From positions 434,001-498,000 of the forward strand of contig JAAOMT010000675.1 in NCBI GenBank assembly GCA_016748015.1: DNA of 64,000 nt, in the 5' to 3' direction. Position 1 is the first letter of the stretch. Each line of letters opens with the position of its first letter. The notes below the pieces were generated by a model. That model ran no database searches and was not told the DNA's origin. It worked only from the letters and a program-made list of their open reading frames with translations. The DNA comes from Geosiphon pyriformis uo1. Taxonomy: Eukaryota > Fungi > Glomeromycota. A program made the position numbers and the translations under genes. Shown in pieces: positions 39,599 to 55,135 of the stretch.

Positions 39599-40757
39599 TC
39601 TTGCAAATAATTTTTCAAACCTGGATATCAAACAAATTTCGTTTTTTTAATTCGATTAAAAGAAACAAGTACATATTTTGGACAGGATCACTTGCATTTG
39701 AATGAGTAGACACAAATGGATTTTTGCGAGATAATTGGGTACAAACACTACTGACAGCTTTTTTTGTGCATGAAGGCTTAGCAGTTGGTGATTTTTGTTA
39801 CAAAATAATCCATGATCAGTAATTTATTATGCATGTGACAGGATCATTTGATGCCAAAAACGGTATATTTGAGTAACGAAAAAATTTAATCAAATAATTC
39901 CGGAGAGATTAAGACATTTCAAATAGTTTTCTGACACGTTCAAATTTTAGGTTTATTTGTTTAGAAGCTGTGATTCCAAAACTAATTTTTCATTGCAGAT
40001 ATATATATATATATATATATTGATTATTGGTTCTAGTAAGAAATTAAAATAATTTTAAAATTCATTAAAAACTTCCTTTTGACAAATAAGCTTACAAAAA
40101 ATTAAGTATAATAGAAAAAAAAAATTGAAAGCTGGCCATATATTTCTATATCGAATATTCGACTAGGATATAATATTATTTTTGATTAGCCGGATATTTC
40201 TCTTTTACTTTTTTCTTTTTTCTTTTTTTGAAACTCGAAGATGATGATACAAGGTAAATATGACCCTGATATTCTCGGATATTCCTTTCAAAAATTCTCA
40301 AATCAATTATTTATCAAGGAATATAAAAAATTATGTAACAACATAAAATTTTACACAAAAATAATTATGTTTTAGTGCAACATTGTATGTCATTGCCAAA
40401 ATTTATATATTTTCTATTAAATAATAATTATTATTCTAGTTGAGATAAGCTTTTAATTTATTTGTATATATGAAAATATTTTTGTTAAAAATTCAAAAAT
40501 GGTAACTATTTTCCGCCTGAATTTTGGATTAAATCACAATGTTTTAAGTACCATTAGAAATGCTTAATGATTAAATTACCCCTAGTAGTAACTCGAATTA
40601 AAGGAAAAACGTCAAAATTGTTGTCAGGTTCAAAGTAAATTAATAGTATAAATATTTCAATCTAGGAAAAAAAATTTCAATAACCTTCCGTTACAATAGT
40701 GATTTGAAAATTTAAGAAATTATGAGATTTGGTATTTGCATCTTTTGGGGGGCTTTA

Positions 40758-42465
40758 ATGGCAGTTTTCTCAATAAGTATGTATTTTTGTTTAAAAAAAA
40801 AAAAGGTTTTCTTTTGGAATTTAGCCAATAAATAAAAAGATTCTGAATAAAAAATAAAGGCAGTTGAAATTTTTAAGTTATAAAAGAAATTTTTGAGGAA
40901 ATTCATATTTAAAAAATCGATTTTTTAGAAGTAAATGCCATTGAAAAACATTGTCATGAAACAGTCAAATTTTGCTTTCAGATGATTCTACCTCCTGTGG
41001 TGAATGGTTTATTTGTTGACAATATAATTGAATTCCAAATTGAGGCCCCAGTCGAAATTGGGTAAGTTTCGAGATGTCTAATTTTCGTAAATTATTACTA
41101 GATTTTTTTACTCATTTTCTTCATTTCAAATAGATGGGTTGGATTAGGAATAGGAAAAAATATGATAGAATCCTATATGATGGCAAGTAATATGACTTAT
41201 TAGGAAAATATGATAGAAAAAGTTTCAAAGTTACAATTCCTCACTATTTCACCGACAAATAGATAGCCTGGCCAAATCAAGATGGTACAATAACTGTTTC
41301 ACAACGTCAAGCAAACGATCATAGTATGCCAATAGCAACAAATCGACAATCTGAGTTGTCTTCATCTAGTGATATAAAAAATGGTATCATGACAATAAAG
41401 ATCAAGCGAGCAATTTCGGTATCAGGCTCGACCATTAACATCAACACAAATCAAACTTTTGTCTGGGCTTTCTCCAGAACAAATCCTATGGATTCATCAG
41501 TCAATGCAAAACTTTCTCCTCATCTTCCCTACAACGATCAAAGGAATTCTTTTTCGGTAAATTTACTCTTAAATATACCAAAGCCTAAAGCTGGTTCTGG
41601 GGCTGGATGGATGGAACCGAAAAAAAATAAAAATTCAAAATTGTCAGACTCTGAAAATCAAAATTTGGTCATTGCACATGGTATGTGCCAAGATTTGAAG
41701 AGCTTTTGTTGATTTAGAAATATGTATACCTTTTGATTTTCATTATATTTTTGTTGGTATAGGTTTATTTATGTCAGCTGCATGGCTTATTGCATTCCCA
41801 ATTGCTATATATTTTATTCGTTTTGGACGAGATCTTTGGCCTACCACATATTATAATCTACATTGGGCAATTCAAACTTGTGGTACTCTTGGTCTGAGCC
41901 TCATTGGGTATATTCTAGTGCAAGTTCAGAATGGTGAATGGCCTTCACCTACAACCAAAGCTCACGCTGTAGGTCAAAGAGTCTTGTTGAAATTTAATTG
42001 AAAATATATACTAATTCTAGTGAGTGAATCTTTTAGAAAATGGGAACATTTATTTTCTATGGAATATCAGGAGTAATTTTGTTAGGAGGAATTCATCACA
42101 GGTTCCATGATCCAAAAAGAGAGTATACTCCCTGGTGGATTAAATTACATTCGTAAGGATTTGATCATGACTTTTTGATTAATTGATTATTTTTCTTGGT
42201 TTTTAGCTGATTTCTCATTCAATTTAGTTGGGTTGGCCGCGGATTTGTTTTACTCGCATTTGTGCAAATCCATTTGGGTTTATTAGCTTTCAATGCCTCA
42301 CTGACGTGGTATATTTTATACTACGTTTATACTGGCCTCCTTTTTAGCCTTTACGCAATATTTTCCATAAGAATTTATTTAAAAAGTCGAGCTGAAAAGA
42401 TGGATGCAGCTGCTTCACGCAAGCAACAAATTCTGATGGTTGAACATCGATTCCGAAAAATGTGA
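40758..42465 (+). CDS. DOMON (CDH-cytochrome-like) plus cytochrome b561 membrane protein, multi-exon; start uncertain
   Basis: Exons ~40929-41061, 41134-41182, 41263-41680, 41763-41968, 42037-42152, 42228-42465 give GWVGLGIG..MMIAWPN..VSQR..H.MP; AHGLFM..LHW..AH..LH.W.GR. Confidence 0.85.
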
Positions 42466-44049
42466 AATTTGGATTATTTCATGTTTCAAAGGAAAACACT
42501 TTGTAATATAATTTTTGAAAGTGCCATAGGTCAATTTTATATTTTGCAGAAATATTTAAATCAGATAATCATTATTTCCTAATTGAATCATAATTTAATG
42601 GAAATATCGAAATTGGTTAATTTTTTTAAATTCATAGAAAGGCCTCATATAAACATAAATTCCAAATTACCTTTTGTGAAGATACACAGATTTTACTGGG
42701 ATAAAAAATTTTATTTTCTTTAATAGATTTATCTAAAAAGAGTTATATTATTTTGCATATTTTAGGTAGAATTATTTACAAAAATTCCAAACTACCTTTC
42801 TTTAAAAAAAATACGTCAACAAAATCTGTTGAATTATCTAATTGAAAAGCCAAGTTTTAGGAATGAATTTTATATTTTATATTTATGATATCCTTTGTTT
42901 AATCTATCAATTAAATCTTGGCATAAATTATTTTAAAAATGATAAAGATCTTTGAATATTAAAGATGCATAAATTTATGATACATATTTTTTTATCTTGA
43001 ATATACCAAAATTATTGTGATAAAAAATTTTGGGGCGAGATAGAAAATCACTCAATATAAGATATTTTATTAATATAAATTAATCAAAAAAAAGAATTGA
43101 ATCAATAATTTAATTTTGTTGTCAAAGATACATTTCTTTAAAAAATATATATATATGTATATATATGTATATATGCTAAACATAAAATTCAGATTTGAAG
43201 AATACTTTTTCCAGTTCCCCTTTCAAATTTAAAGGTGTTTTGATTTTGCAGGTTTGTACCTTAATTAAATTCTCATTTGCGGTTGATTTTTTTATTTTCT
43301 TGAATATATATTGATGTTGAAATCCTTTTTCGATATTATTCTATACACACACACACCACACACACCCAACGAAGATATACAAATGTATTAACCATTTTGC
43401 AATATGATTCATTTTTTAATTAACGGACTCCCGGAATTCTGTTACATGGAAAAATTAATTCAAACCAAAAAAGTATTTCCGAATGAGCTACTGCTGCTTA
43501 TTAAGAATTAATGATTTTTGATTTACTTTTGTAATTTCTTTTTATAACATTGTTTGTACAATTTTTCTACTAAATCTGATTCATGATAAATTACTAACCA
43601 AAATTAGCGTTACAAAACTGTGTTCCGAAAAAGACCGACGTGAACGATCCTTCTTGTACAAGCTGAGAGATTTTCATTGGTCAAATTCCGAGTATAGAAC
43701 TGAAAAGATACTGGTAATACATTAAAATCTCAAAGATTAATGCAAGTGATGCATTTAAAACCCGCTTTTCAATTAGCCCTTTATTGAAAAGACGAAATTG
43801 CCGAACAAAGATTAAAAAATAAGTAAAATAATCTTATTGATGTCTTTTATAACGCCCTAAAACAATTTCTGCCCAGAAAGGTTTGAAATTTTGTAAAAAC
43901 TGATCATGAGTTTTTTTGAAAATTAATTTTCAAATAATAACGAATCGGCAATCAATTCTCTGGTTTTTCCAGATCTGACGATTTTCATCGCCAAAACAAT
44001 TCTTTATTAATTTTAAAATCTAGTTTCAAGAAATCTTTGAAAAAATATA

Positions 44050-45009
44050 ATGGAAGAGTTGAATGACCAACAAGAGACAGGTATTCAATAAATATTTCAG
44101 TGAAATATCAATATTTTTAACTTTCAAGATTTTCTAGTTCCTAGTTTCTAGTTTATTCCTTTACAATTTTTACTAATCTATTGAGTGTTATACATTTGAA
44201 AGTTTCGTCAAAGATACCAAGTTCCGGAAAAAGTTCATTAGAAGAAGTTGCTTTGAAAATAGAAGATTATGATTCAACAGTTCGAACAGCATATCATCCT
44301 CCAGTGAGACCCCAAAATCCACATGTAAAAGCATTAAAAGATTTAACAGCAAAATTATGTTGGACTATTTCAATAATGATTTCAGGCTATTTGATTCCTG
44401 GATCTATACTATTACTGGCACATCATCATTTTATACCGGTATGTAGAAGTAACTTTTTATAATAGTTCGAAATCATTATCAGATATAGAGTTTTTAATTT
44501 TATTCAATTAAATTTCTAACTCTATTTGAAAAAAGACAGTGTCCAAGTTTTTCGTATGTATTTATCTCACATTTGATCTCGGACTAAGAGTAGCATTTGG
44601 ATTCGCGGCAGTAATGCAAGATGATGAGAGTTTATTTTGGAAAATAATAATCTGTTTACTTTTGATGACCGGTAATCAGGAATACCATTATTTTTTTATC
44701 ATCAAAATTTTTTATATTCAAATCCAAGTTTCATATTGTTTCTAAAAAATTCTAATAGGAAAAGAAGACTTGGGTCATTTACACGATCAACTCTTTGAAA
44801 CATTATCAAGTGATATTCTGGACATTCTCACAATAACAAATGCTTCACTCTCGATACCTTTTTTTTCTTTGATTATAAAAGACCAGGAATGCATGGCAAA
44901 TACGGAATGTCAAATATTGGCAATAAGTTTGTGTGCTTCTGCTTCTTTTCTTGTACTAAAATGTTTAGTATTATTATTTTTTTTTAAGTTTGAACCATTC
45001 GATTATTAG
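44050..45009 (+). CDS. Unknown multi-pass membrane protein (paralog A), about 4 exons
   Basis: ATG 44050 with GT-AG introns; hydrophobic segments; motifs GF..DD..FWKI and GKEDLGHLHDQLFETLSSDILDI. Confidence 0.7.
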
Positions 45010-45616
45010 ATGAGATTGAGATTGAGATTGGGATTGAGATGAGAATATTTTTTTAAAAAATGGTTAAATTTCATTCAGGACAATTTAGAAGGTTTAGTCA
45101 GCGGGTTAGAATTCGAATTCACAAAAATCAAGGTTGTAAATAAGTAAAAAAAACAAACAAACAAGAAACAACCAATTTTAAATAAATCAAAAATTGGATT
45201 GCTAGAAAATTACTTTTTTTTTTTTTCTTTTTTTTTTCTTTTTTCTTTTTTGATCGAATTCATATTATTTTATCGAATTTGGTTAAAATAGTCTTTTTCT
45301 AACACAATAAGGTTACTAAAGTTTGAACATGTTTTCGAATTTGAAAGTTAAATTATTTAGATTTTGTAATGATATAAATAAACTTTGGAGAAAATGTTTG
45401 GGAACAAAGGATAAATAAGTATTTATATTGTTAAAAAGAATTTTTTAGAGATTCAACGATTTAAAATATTTTATTAATTTTGAATATGGGAAAGAATTTT
45501 TTACTCAGAAAATGAGACAAGCTATTGAAAACTTTTAAAAATAATTCACATATATATTTATTAGATAAGAAAAAAAAAATTAAACTTCTTCAAATAATTT
45601 CAATTTTCAATATTTT

Positions 45617-46674
45617 TATCTTTGAAATCTCCTTCTAGTACTAAAATTCCCCTGTTTTTTTTTTTTTAACCTTAATGAAATATATTTATTCAGTAGTAGA
45701 AAGTTCTACCATTCGAAAATGTGTAAACTTACAGAATAATAAAAATCCTAAACTTTTCAAACCCAAAAATATTGTTGCCGCTAATAAACTAATTACCAAT
45801 ATATTAGTTCGTTGTAATGGTATTTCTGAATCATTTTTCAAAGATTCAATTTCTTTGAATATGATACCAATCACAGGCGTTGAAAGTAATGAATTTAAAA
45901 GTGTCATAATATCGAGAATGTCGGAATGAAGTTTTTCGAAACGATGATCATAAAAATGAAGTAAATCTTCTTTGCCTTTATTTTGTTGAATTAATAAAAT
46001 ATGGTCTGTGTTAGTTTTAATAAATCAGAAAATTTTTATAGCAAAAAAAAATAATTTCCCATTAAAAAAATACCTAGCGTCAGAACCAAAAGAGTCGGAA
46101 TTTTCCAAAATGCAAAATTTCGGTCATCTTTAAATCCTGATAATCCAAATCCTATCCCCATTATAAAATCAGTTACAATGCAAATTGATAAAAGCATTTT
46201 GTTTGCAGGCTAAAAAGATTTTCCCAATTGTCAAACGATTAGAATATGTCTCATTTTCAAAATCAGCAAGAAACAAAAAAAAAACAAAAAATATATTCAC
46301 ATTAACATCATACTTTGCCAATAAAATTAACGTCCCGGTTTTAAAATATATATTTACAATTACACATAACACGAAAAAAATTGTACCAAAACATTTTTCA
46401 ATTGGGCCCGGTCTTGCAGGCCCTTGATGTTGTAAAATATTGGGAATTGTTCGATGATACTTCTTGATTTTGGTTGCCATGTTGAGTATTGAACTTCCTC
46501 GCGAAGATTGTGGTCCTGTGTTTGAAATTGACGATGCTGCGGTTGTTGAAAAGATTTTAAGTAGGATATTGATCAAAACATTAATGAAAGGATGGTGAGA
46601 AGAAAAAAAGTGTAATAATTGGTACTTCTGTCATCCATGGCCGGTAACATAATCACGGCTACATTAGCATTCAT
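45617..46674 (-). CDS. Unknown multi-pass membrane protein (paralog B); 3' end approximate
   Basis: ATG 46674; exons encode GFG..DDRNFAFWKI and GKEDLLHFYDHRFEKLHSDILDI, homologous to paralog A. Confidence 0.7.
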
Positions 46675-47209
46675 TTTGTCTCAGATCATCTGCGTTTATT
46701 GTTCAATTTTTCCAAATTTTTCAGTTTATTACTTTCTTCTCAATCATAAAGAAACTAGAATATAAATTGAAAAAGATTTTGCTTAAAGCACGTTATCAAC
46801 AAGATTGTTTCACACACTAGAAAAGATTTACCTTATTGGTTCGAATTAAGGGTGAGCAAGTGTTACGAATGTCAATCAAATTTTGGAATCTCGTTTCAAA
46901 TCATCCGAAATAATTAAAAATCAAAGTTGAACATCTCCTGGAATCTGAATCACACAAATTTTTTTTAGATAAAGAAAAAGCAGGGATTCTTTTGATAACA
47001 AGGAATTTTTAATTAGAGAATTTCTTTTTTAGAACTTTCAAGGAATGAAAATCAAAATGCTTTTGAATAATAAGATAAAGAGATGATGATAAGCCAAAAA
47101 AAAAAAAGATAAAAAAAATACTTGATTTAAAATCAAAGTGAAAGAATTCAAAAAAATTTGATGAAGTGAAATTTGAAATATGAGAATAAATAAACGATTC
47201 TGAATTTTC

Positions 47210-47211
<2 letters not shown>

Positions 47212-47252
<41 letters not shown>
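47212..47252. repeat. (GA)n microsatellite
   Basis: About 20 GA units. Confidence 0.95.
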
Positions 47253-47254
<2 letters not shown>

Positions 47255-48080
47255 ATTTATTTATTTTACTTCCCAAACTTTTATATTTAATTTAAAAAAC
47301 TTTTTTTTTCATTTCCGAAAACCATGTTTCTTCTCCTGTCATCTATTAAGTGGAACTTGATTGAATTGAATATTCAAGTGAAATATTATTTATGAAACAA
47401 AGTTTTTGCGTTTTCAGTTCAAAGACGGATACATATTAATTGATGACTTAAAGATTTTTAAATAGAATATATATATTTCTAGTTAATCAAAAGAATGTTT
47501 TATGATTTCAAATTAGTAAAAATAATTAATCATTCATCATATGCCAGGTGCCAATGAAACTTCGAATTAGAATAGTATTTTCAAAAAAAAAAAAAAAAAA
47601 ATTGAATTCTCTTCATATTTTAAACATTTCTCCCTTTGATATTAAAATTCCAAATTAAATATTCTGTCACGATTCTTTTGAAAATTTGAAGAATAAAGTT
47701 ATTTTCACGTCAGAAGTTTAAACTTGCGAAATTTAGGAAACAGGTTTGCGTTTAACGATTATTTATGGAATATATATATATAATTATATGAAGAAATTTT
47801 ATCCGCAAAAACTATAGAGAAGTATTATCAACAAGAGATCTTTCTCACTTTTAAAATAAGTTCCATTTTTAATAACACATCACAGAATTGATAACGCCCA
47901 TTTTTAGAAGGACAATTTGACTTTTTGACTTCTTTTCCATTGTTGGGAAAGCTGGCTTAAATTTAATATATATATGAACTGATATTCATTTTATTGAGAG
48001 ACAACATACTGCTTTATTTTCTTTTTACAAGAATTTTGTATTTTTTTTGGTTAGAATATATATTATCCCTTTCATAGCTA

Positions 48081-48115
<35 letters not shown>

Positions 48116-49040
48116 TAATTAATTGGAAGTTCATGGTACGCATATTTTTAGCACGGGGTGCTATATATCACATCATTGATGACCTAAGGACACTTTTTTA
48201 AAACAAGCCACTTGCATTATCGAGATTGTCATGTCTTTTGCATTTCAATGTAGTACTACTATTACATTGGACCATAGACTAATAGCCTAGCTCTCAAAGG
48301 TTACCCCAACCTTTTGAGAATGTTGACAGCGGTAGTACTAAACACCTACTTTAATTATAGGGGGTTAATGCTTATTCCGTTTGTTCAAAGAACTAGCTAA
48401 ATTCTCTTTTAAAATTAAATTTGGAAATCGAGAAAGATAATAAATCAAAAAAAAAACCTGAATTAAACAAATCTGTCAAGCTATAGAGCTTGACAGATCA
48501 AAATAGACTTGGGTTTTCCGTTAAAAGGCTTCAAGAGTCCTTTAATTATTCTGTTTAAAATGACCACTTACACATTTAATTTCATATGAAAAGTAGAAAT
48601 TTAGATTAAACAAAAATCATGTAAAAATTGTAGAGTGAAATTATAAATGTCAAACACTGAAATACCTTTAGATATATATATAAATAGCATTCATTGATTT
48701 TTTTTAATTTTGTTTCCATTGAGATAATTTTCATTAAAATTTTGGTTTTTCTTTTTTTTTTTTTTTGGATACGACTGGAGTCGAATAAAATCAGAAAATT
48801 ATTTCAAAAAGAAAGTCTTTATGCAATATTTTAAACTTAAAAAGAAAATGAGTTTGTTTGATAAATAATCAATTGTCAATATATATACGGAATTGTTAAT
48901 GAAAGGAATTTAATGGTAATTGTGGGAAATTTTAAGCTTATTCTTGACTGTATGCTTAGGAATTTCGAAAAATTTTTAATAAAAAAAAAAGGAATGTCCA
49001 ATTGAAAAAATTTACATAATCAAAATTTCCAGTGTTATTT

Positions 49041-50270
49041 TTAATCGAAAGCACGACCATCGACAAAATAATCGATCGATGACTCATTCTCAATATCCTC
49101 AAAATCTCGAGGGTGATGATTTCGTAGACGTACAAGCGGTCTATTTCTCAGTTGACGTTTTATGTCATCGACACAACAATCCACCACGACGGTACGTATC
49201 CGAGTTCGAGCCATCTCTAAACCATGCCGCGTGATGTGTCTTGCTGCGGGTACTTCTAATCGCTCGAATTTTTGTGATGAATTTGCAAATGTAGTAACAA
49301 TACCTAAATGAAGATTTGAGAAAAATTTCATCTCTGGGAAAGCTAAAGTTTTAAGTGATGTTGCTGCTGTGGTTAGACAAAAGAATTGTAAAGATTCCGG
49401 AGAAAATTTTAGGTACCCTTCCACAGTGAGATTTTGAACGCTGGCTGGTAAATGACAACCGAGAGCGTAGAAAAATTTATCACCCGACATCAACAAGTCA
49501 TGATCTTTGCCTCTTGATATAATTAGTGTTTCTAATTTTGGAAATTTAATTAATAAAGGAAGAAACGGAATGAAACGATTCACTTGGTCGTATGGTGTGT
49601 TTCGATGTTTTGGTGAGTGCATTGTAAAATTCAATTCCACTATACTCGTGCTTATCTTACATGCCAAGGGAAGAACCTCGGATAGAGAGCTAGCCTTTGA
49701 TCGTAACCTTCTTAGACCGGATAAAGATTTCGATGCTTCGGCAAGTTGGAAAAGATTCCAAACAAGTTCCTCTGGCGAGACACCCATTGTGAAAGCTCGC
49801 ATCGAATTCAAGGGAAAAAGGGAATTATTGTTTGAATCTTGCCAAGTATCAAAGTCTAAATTAAGGTCCCATAAAATCCCTTCCGATTTCACGATTTTTT
49901 GAGCCAACACATTGAGACATTTGAAAGCGGTCTTCATGTCCCATTTTTGCAGAATTATGTCATTCACAACTGGTGCTATCAATTCCAAATCAAGATTTCG
50001 TATGAATGAAGAATAATTGAATGTTGTTGAGCGTTCAATATATGAAAGGTCAAGTCCAATTTCTTTTTTTTCATCCTCTGTTAAGGATAATATCAAGATT
50101 TCAATTACTTTAATGGGTTTACTAATGGGAAATAGTTGTCTCCAAAGTGCTGGAATTGATAAATGACACCAATGTCTATTAACTAAAACACAAGAATGTA
50201 AAGTTGGTCTATGAAAATTTAAATGTTCAAAGATCTCATTTAAGCAAAGAAGTGGGATTTTCGAAGCCAT
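49041..50270 (-). CDS. F-box protein with RNI/LRR-like C-terminus
   Basis: N-terminal IPLLCLNEIFEHL..LHSCVLVNRHWC..IPALW and TFNYSSFIRNLD; intact 409-aa ORF. Confidence 0.88.
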   Translation of the reverse strand: MASKIPLLCLNEIFEHLNFHRPTLHSCVLVNRHWCHLSIPALWRQLFPISKPIKVIEILILSLTEDEKKEIGLDLSYIERSTTFNYSSFIRNLDLELIAPVVNDIILQKWDMKTAFKCLNVLAQKIVKSEGILWDLNLDFDTWQDSNNNSLFPLNSMRAFTMGVSPEELVWNLFQLAEASKSLSGLRRLRSKASSLSEVLPLACKISTSIVELNFTMHSPKHRNTPYDQVNRFIPFLPLLIKFPKLETLIISRGKDHDLLMSGDKFFYALGCHLPASVQNLTVEGYLKFSPESLQFFCLTTAATSLKTLAFPEMKFFSNLHLGIVTTFANSSQKFERLEVPAARHITRHGLEMARTRIRTVVVDCCVDDIKRQLRNRPLVRLRNHHPRDFEDIENESSIDYFVDGRAFD

Positions 50271-50731
50271 AATCTTCTTGGGTGAGCTAAAAAAAAATTT
50301 AAAATCGGAAATTGTTGATCAATAATTTCGAAACGAATTTTTATTTGCTTGGGAAAAAAAAATTTAAAATTTATTTTTAGGGGTTACAAATAAGAAGAAA
50401 ACAGAAAATGGGTTTCTCGTAATTTAAATAGTGGGTCATCTCATTTTTTTTTTTTCCCACACACATACTCTCTTTATATATACATATGTAAATGCATGAC
50501 CGCCCGTTGTTGGTCACATTGTATCAATATTGCTTGATTAAGTAAAAAAAAAACCCCCCTGATTGCTGTGAGCCTGCTGCTGTTTAGGAGATGTTCATTG
50601 AGGCCCGTTATACTAAATTAGTTTTTTTTTGACAAATCCGGAATAAGATTTTTACATATCACGGATGTAACCTTTTATTCACAATATTTTAATATCCTTT
50701 TGTATTGGCCTGAGCCGAAAAAATCATCATT

Positions 50732-50734
<3 letters not shown>

Positions 50735-50773
<39 letters not shown>
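50735..50773. repeat. (GAT)n microsatellite
   Basis: About 12 units. Confidence 0.95.
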
Positions 50774-50774
<1 letters not shown>

Positions 50775-51914
50775 ATCATCACCCGATTTTCCAAGACAAC
50801 CGCAGTTGAATAGAAAAGCCTTTTGACATATATTCACAATGAAAAAGTACATAGATTATCAGTTCTTTATCAAGTATCTTGGAAATATGGCATCACAGAG
50901 CCTTGTCGGTAAAAAGCGTTTTCCATTATGAAAATGTGACATAACTTTCTTCTTGGTGCCATGGTAGATGTTAAAAAGTTTTATTTTTATACGCACTTGC
51001 TTATTATTCTCAATTATGAGTTTTTTAATGCTTAAAGTAAATATTTAGATTTTTATCTTCGGGGGGAGGGGGGGGGAGCAGTCTCTTTGGTTAATAATGT
51101 TTGAGGATTAAGCAGGAACAAAAGTCACTTTTATTCCCTCTTAGACGTAGCAAAAGCAAGATGATTATTTTTATCAAGATTTTTATTATAGCTTTAAAAA
51201 TGGTTAAAACCGTTTTTAGATCATGATAACATTTATTGGTGAAAAAGAATATTCTTTGAAAGATTTGAACTTTGTAAATCCCAAATTATCAATGACCTAA
51301 TTAATTTTCAAGAATTTTTCAATTTTAAATAAATCTGAAAAATATAGTTTTCATTTATATGTGAGGGATTCGAATATTAGAGTTTCCTTCTTTCTTAATG
51401 CAAATGAACCATTTAACTTACAATTTATTTATTTACGATTAGAACATCTTATGACCCATCTGCAATTAACATGTATAATGCATGTAGATTTCACGATTTT
51501 CGAAAATAATATGTCCAGATTTGGAATTATAATAAAAGAAATTTTTTGAAAAGTATTATAAACTTTAAAGAAGGTTTATTGAATAAGAATTAGCTCTGTT
51601 AATGAAATCAATTTTTACCTATTATTTCTTATTTCTTTGATTAGATGAATTTGGAAAGGAAACAAAAGTAATGTGAAATTGAAAATTTATGTTAATGAGT
51701 ATAGAGGTAGAAAACAAGTCTCCGGCAGTGATTTTTAAAATTTTGGAAGAGAATATTTATAAAAAGCAATTGATTTTTGTTCAGAGGTAAAAAAAAACAA
51801 AACAAAAAGTAATTAATTAATTATTTTGAATACTTTTTAACAAAAGATTTTTAAATATATATATATATATATATATAATAAAGACACGAGCTTTATTTTA
51901 TTTTGATTTGAAAA

Positions 51915-52537
51915 ATGACTCTCTCAAAAGATCAGAAAATTATTCTTGTCCATGGTTTGTAAAATATTAATTTTTCTTTAATTGAATTCATTTGTGTATC
52001 ACTTCTTGTTAAATAATTGACGATTTAAAATTTTACCAGGTATATTTTTATCCCTGGTCATCTATATAACCATTCCGACTTCAATTTTGATCGCTAGATA
52101 TGGTCGTCAATGGTTTCCTGAATCATGGTTTCGTCTTCATTGGGGAAGTCAAGTATTCATAACATTTCCCCTGTTAATTATTGGTTTTGTTATAGTAGGT
52201 TTTGCAGATAAACATGATTATAATGATAATTGGGCTTTCACTACTCATTCGGTAATAAACTCATTTTAAATATAAATATATATATATTTATATATATATA
52301 TATGAATGCATAACTTTCCATAGTCAGGATTAAATAATTTAAAATTTTTCATAAATAATTCAGGTATTAGGTCATATTGTATTTTTCACAATTTTAGCAG
52401 AAGCTGCACTCGGTTTAGTTCATCGTTTACTTTACAAAAATAATCAAGGGCACACTCGATGGTGGACTATACTTCATCGGTAACTAGTTTCAAAAATATC
52501 CTCCAATTTTTTTTTGGCAAAAATCAATAAATTTTAT

Positions 52538-52571
<34 letters not shown>

Positions 52572-52803
52572 TAATAATTTTTTTTTAAAAAAATAAATAT
52601 TTAATTCAAAAAGGGTATTAGGATATGGCATTTGCATTATTGCCTTTTTAACCACAATAACTGGTTTTAAAGTTGATAAAATGTCAATAGCTTGGTATTT
52701 TATATTTTACATTATTACTGGATTACTTGTATCTAGTTTTCTCGTGATTTTCCTTTTATTTCCAAAAGTGAAAAAGAATACCAATAACGAAGAAGTCAAA
52801 TAG
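51915..52803 (+). CDS. Stand-alone cytochrome b561-like membrane protein (4 exons)
   Basis: Exons 51915-51954, 52040-52251, 52364-52479, 52614-52803; four conserved His (VHG, RLHW, THS, LHR). Confidence 0.82.
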
Positions 52804-53140
52804 TTATATATAGTATTTTTATAATATTTGCAAATTTTGTACATGTTTTCTTTTTATTTTTTATTTTTTATTTTTTATTTTTTTATATATATATATATTT
52901 TTATTTATTTATTTATTTATTTATTTATTTCCAATATAAATAAAGGTATTTACTTGTTTTTAAAAAATAAATTTAATGAATTTGAAATAACACTTTTACA
53001 CATATATGACTTTTACGTTTTCTGGATATGAGTTTAAAAACTTCTTAAAAGCTATTTTAAAAAAATTTTATATGTGAAAATAAATCATTTTTCAAAATAT
53101 CAGAAAATATTTAAAATCTTTCACATTATCTTGTTCTAAT

Positions 53141-55135
<1,995 letters not shown>

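Noticed and set aside
48143-48200. U4 snRNA-like start (GCACGGG)
   Set aside because: Similarity is limited to a few nucleotides and no convincing downstream U4 elements were recognised.
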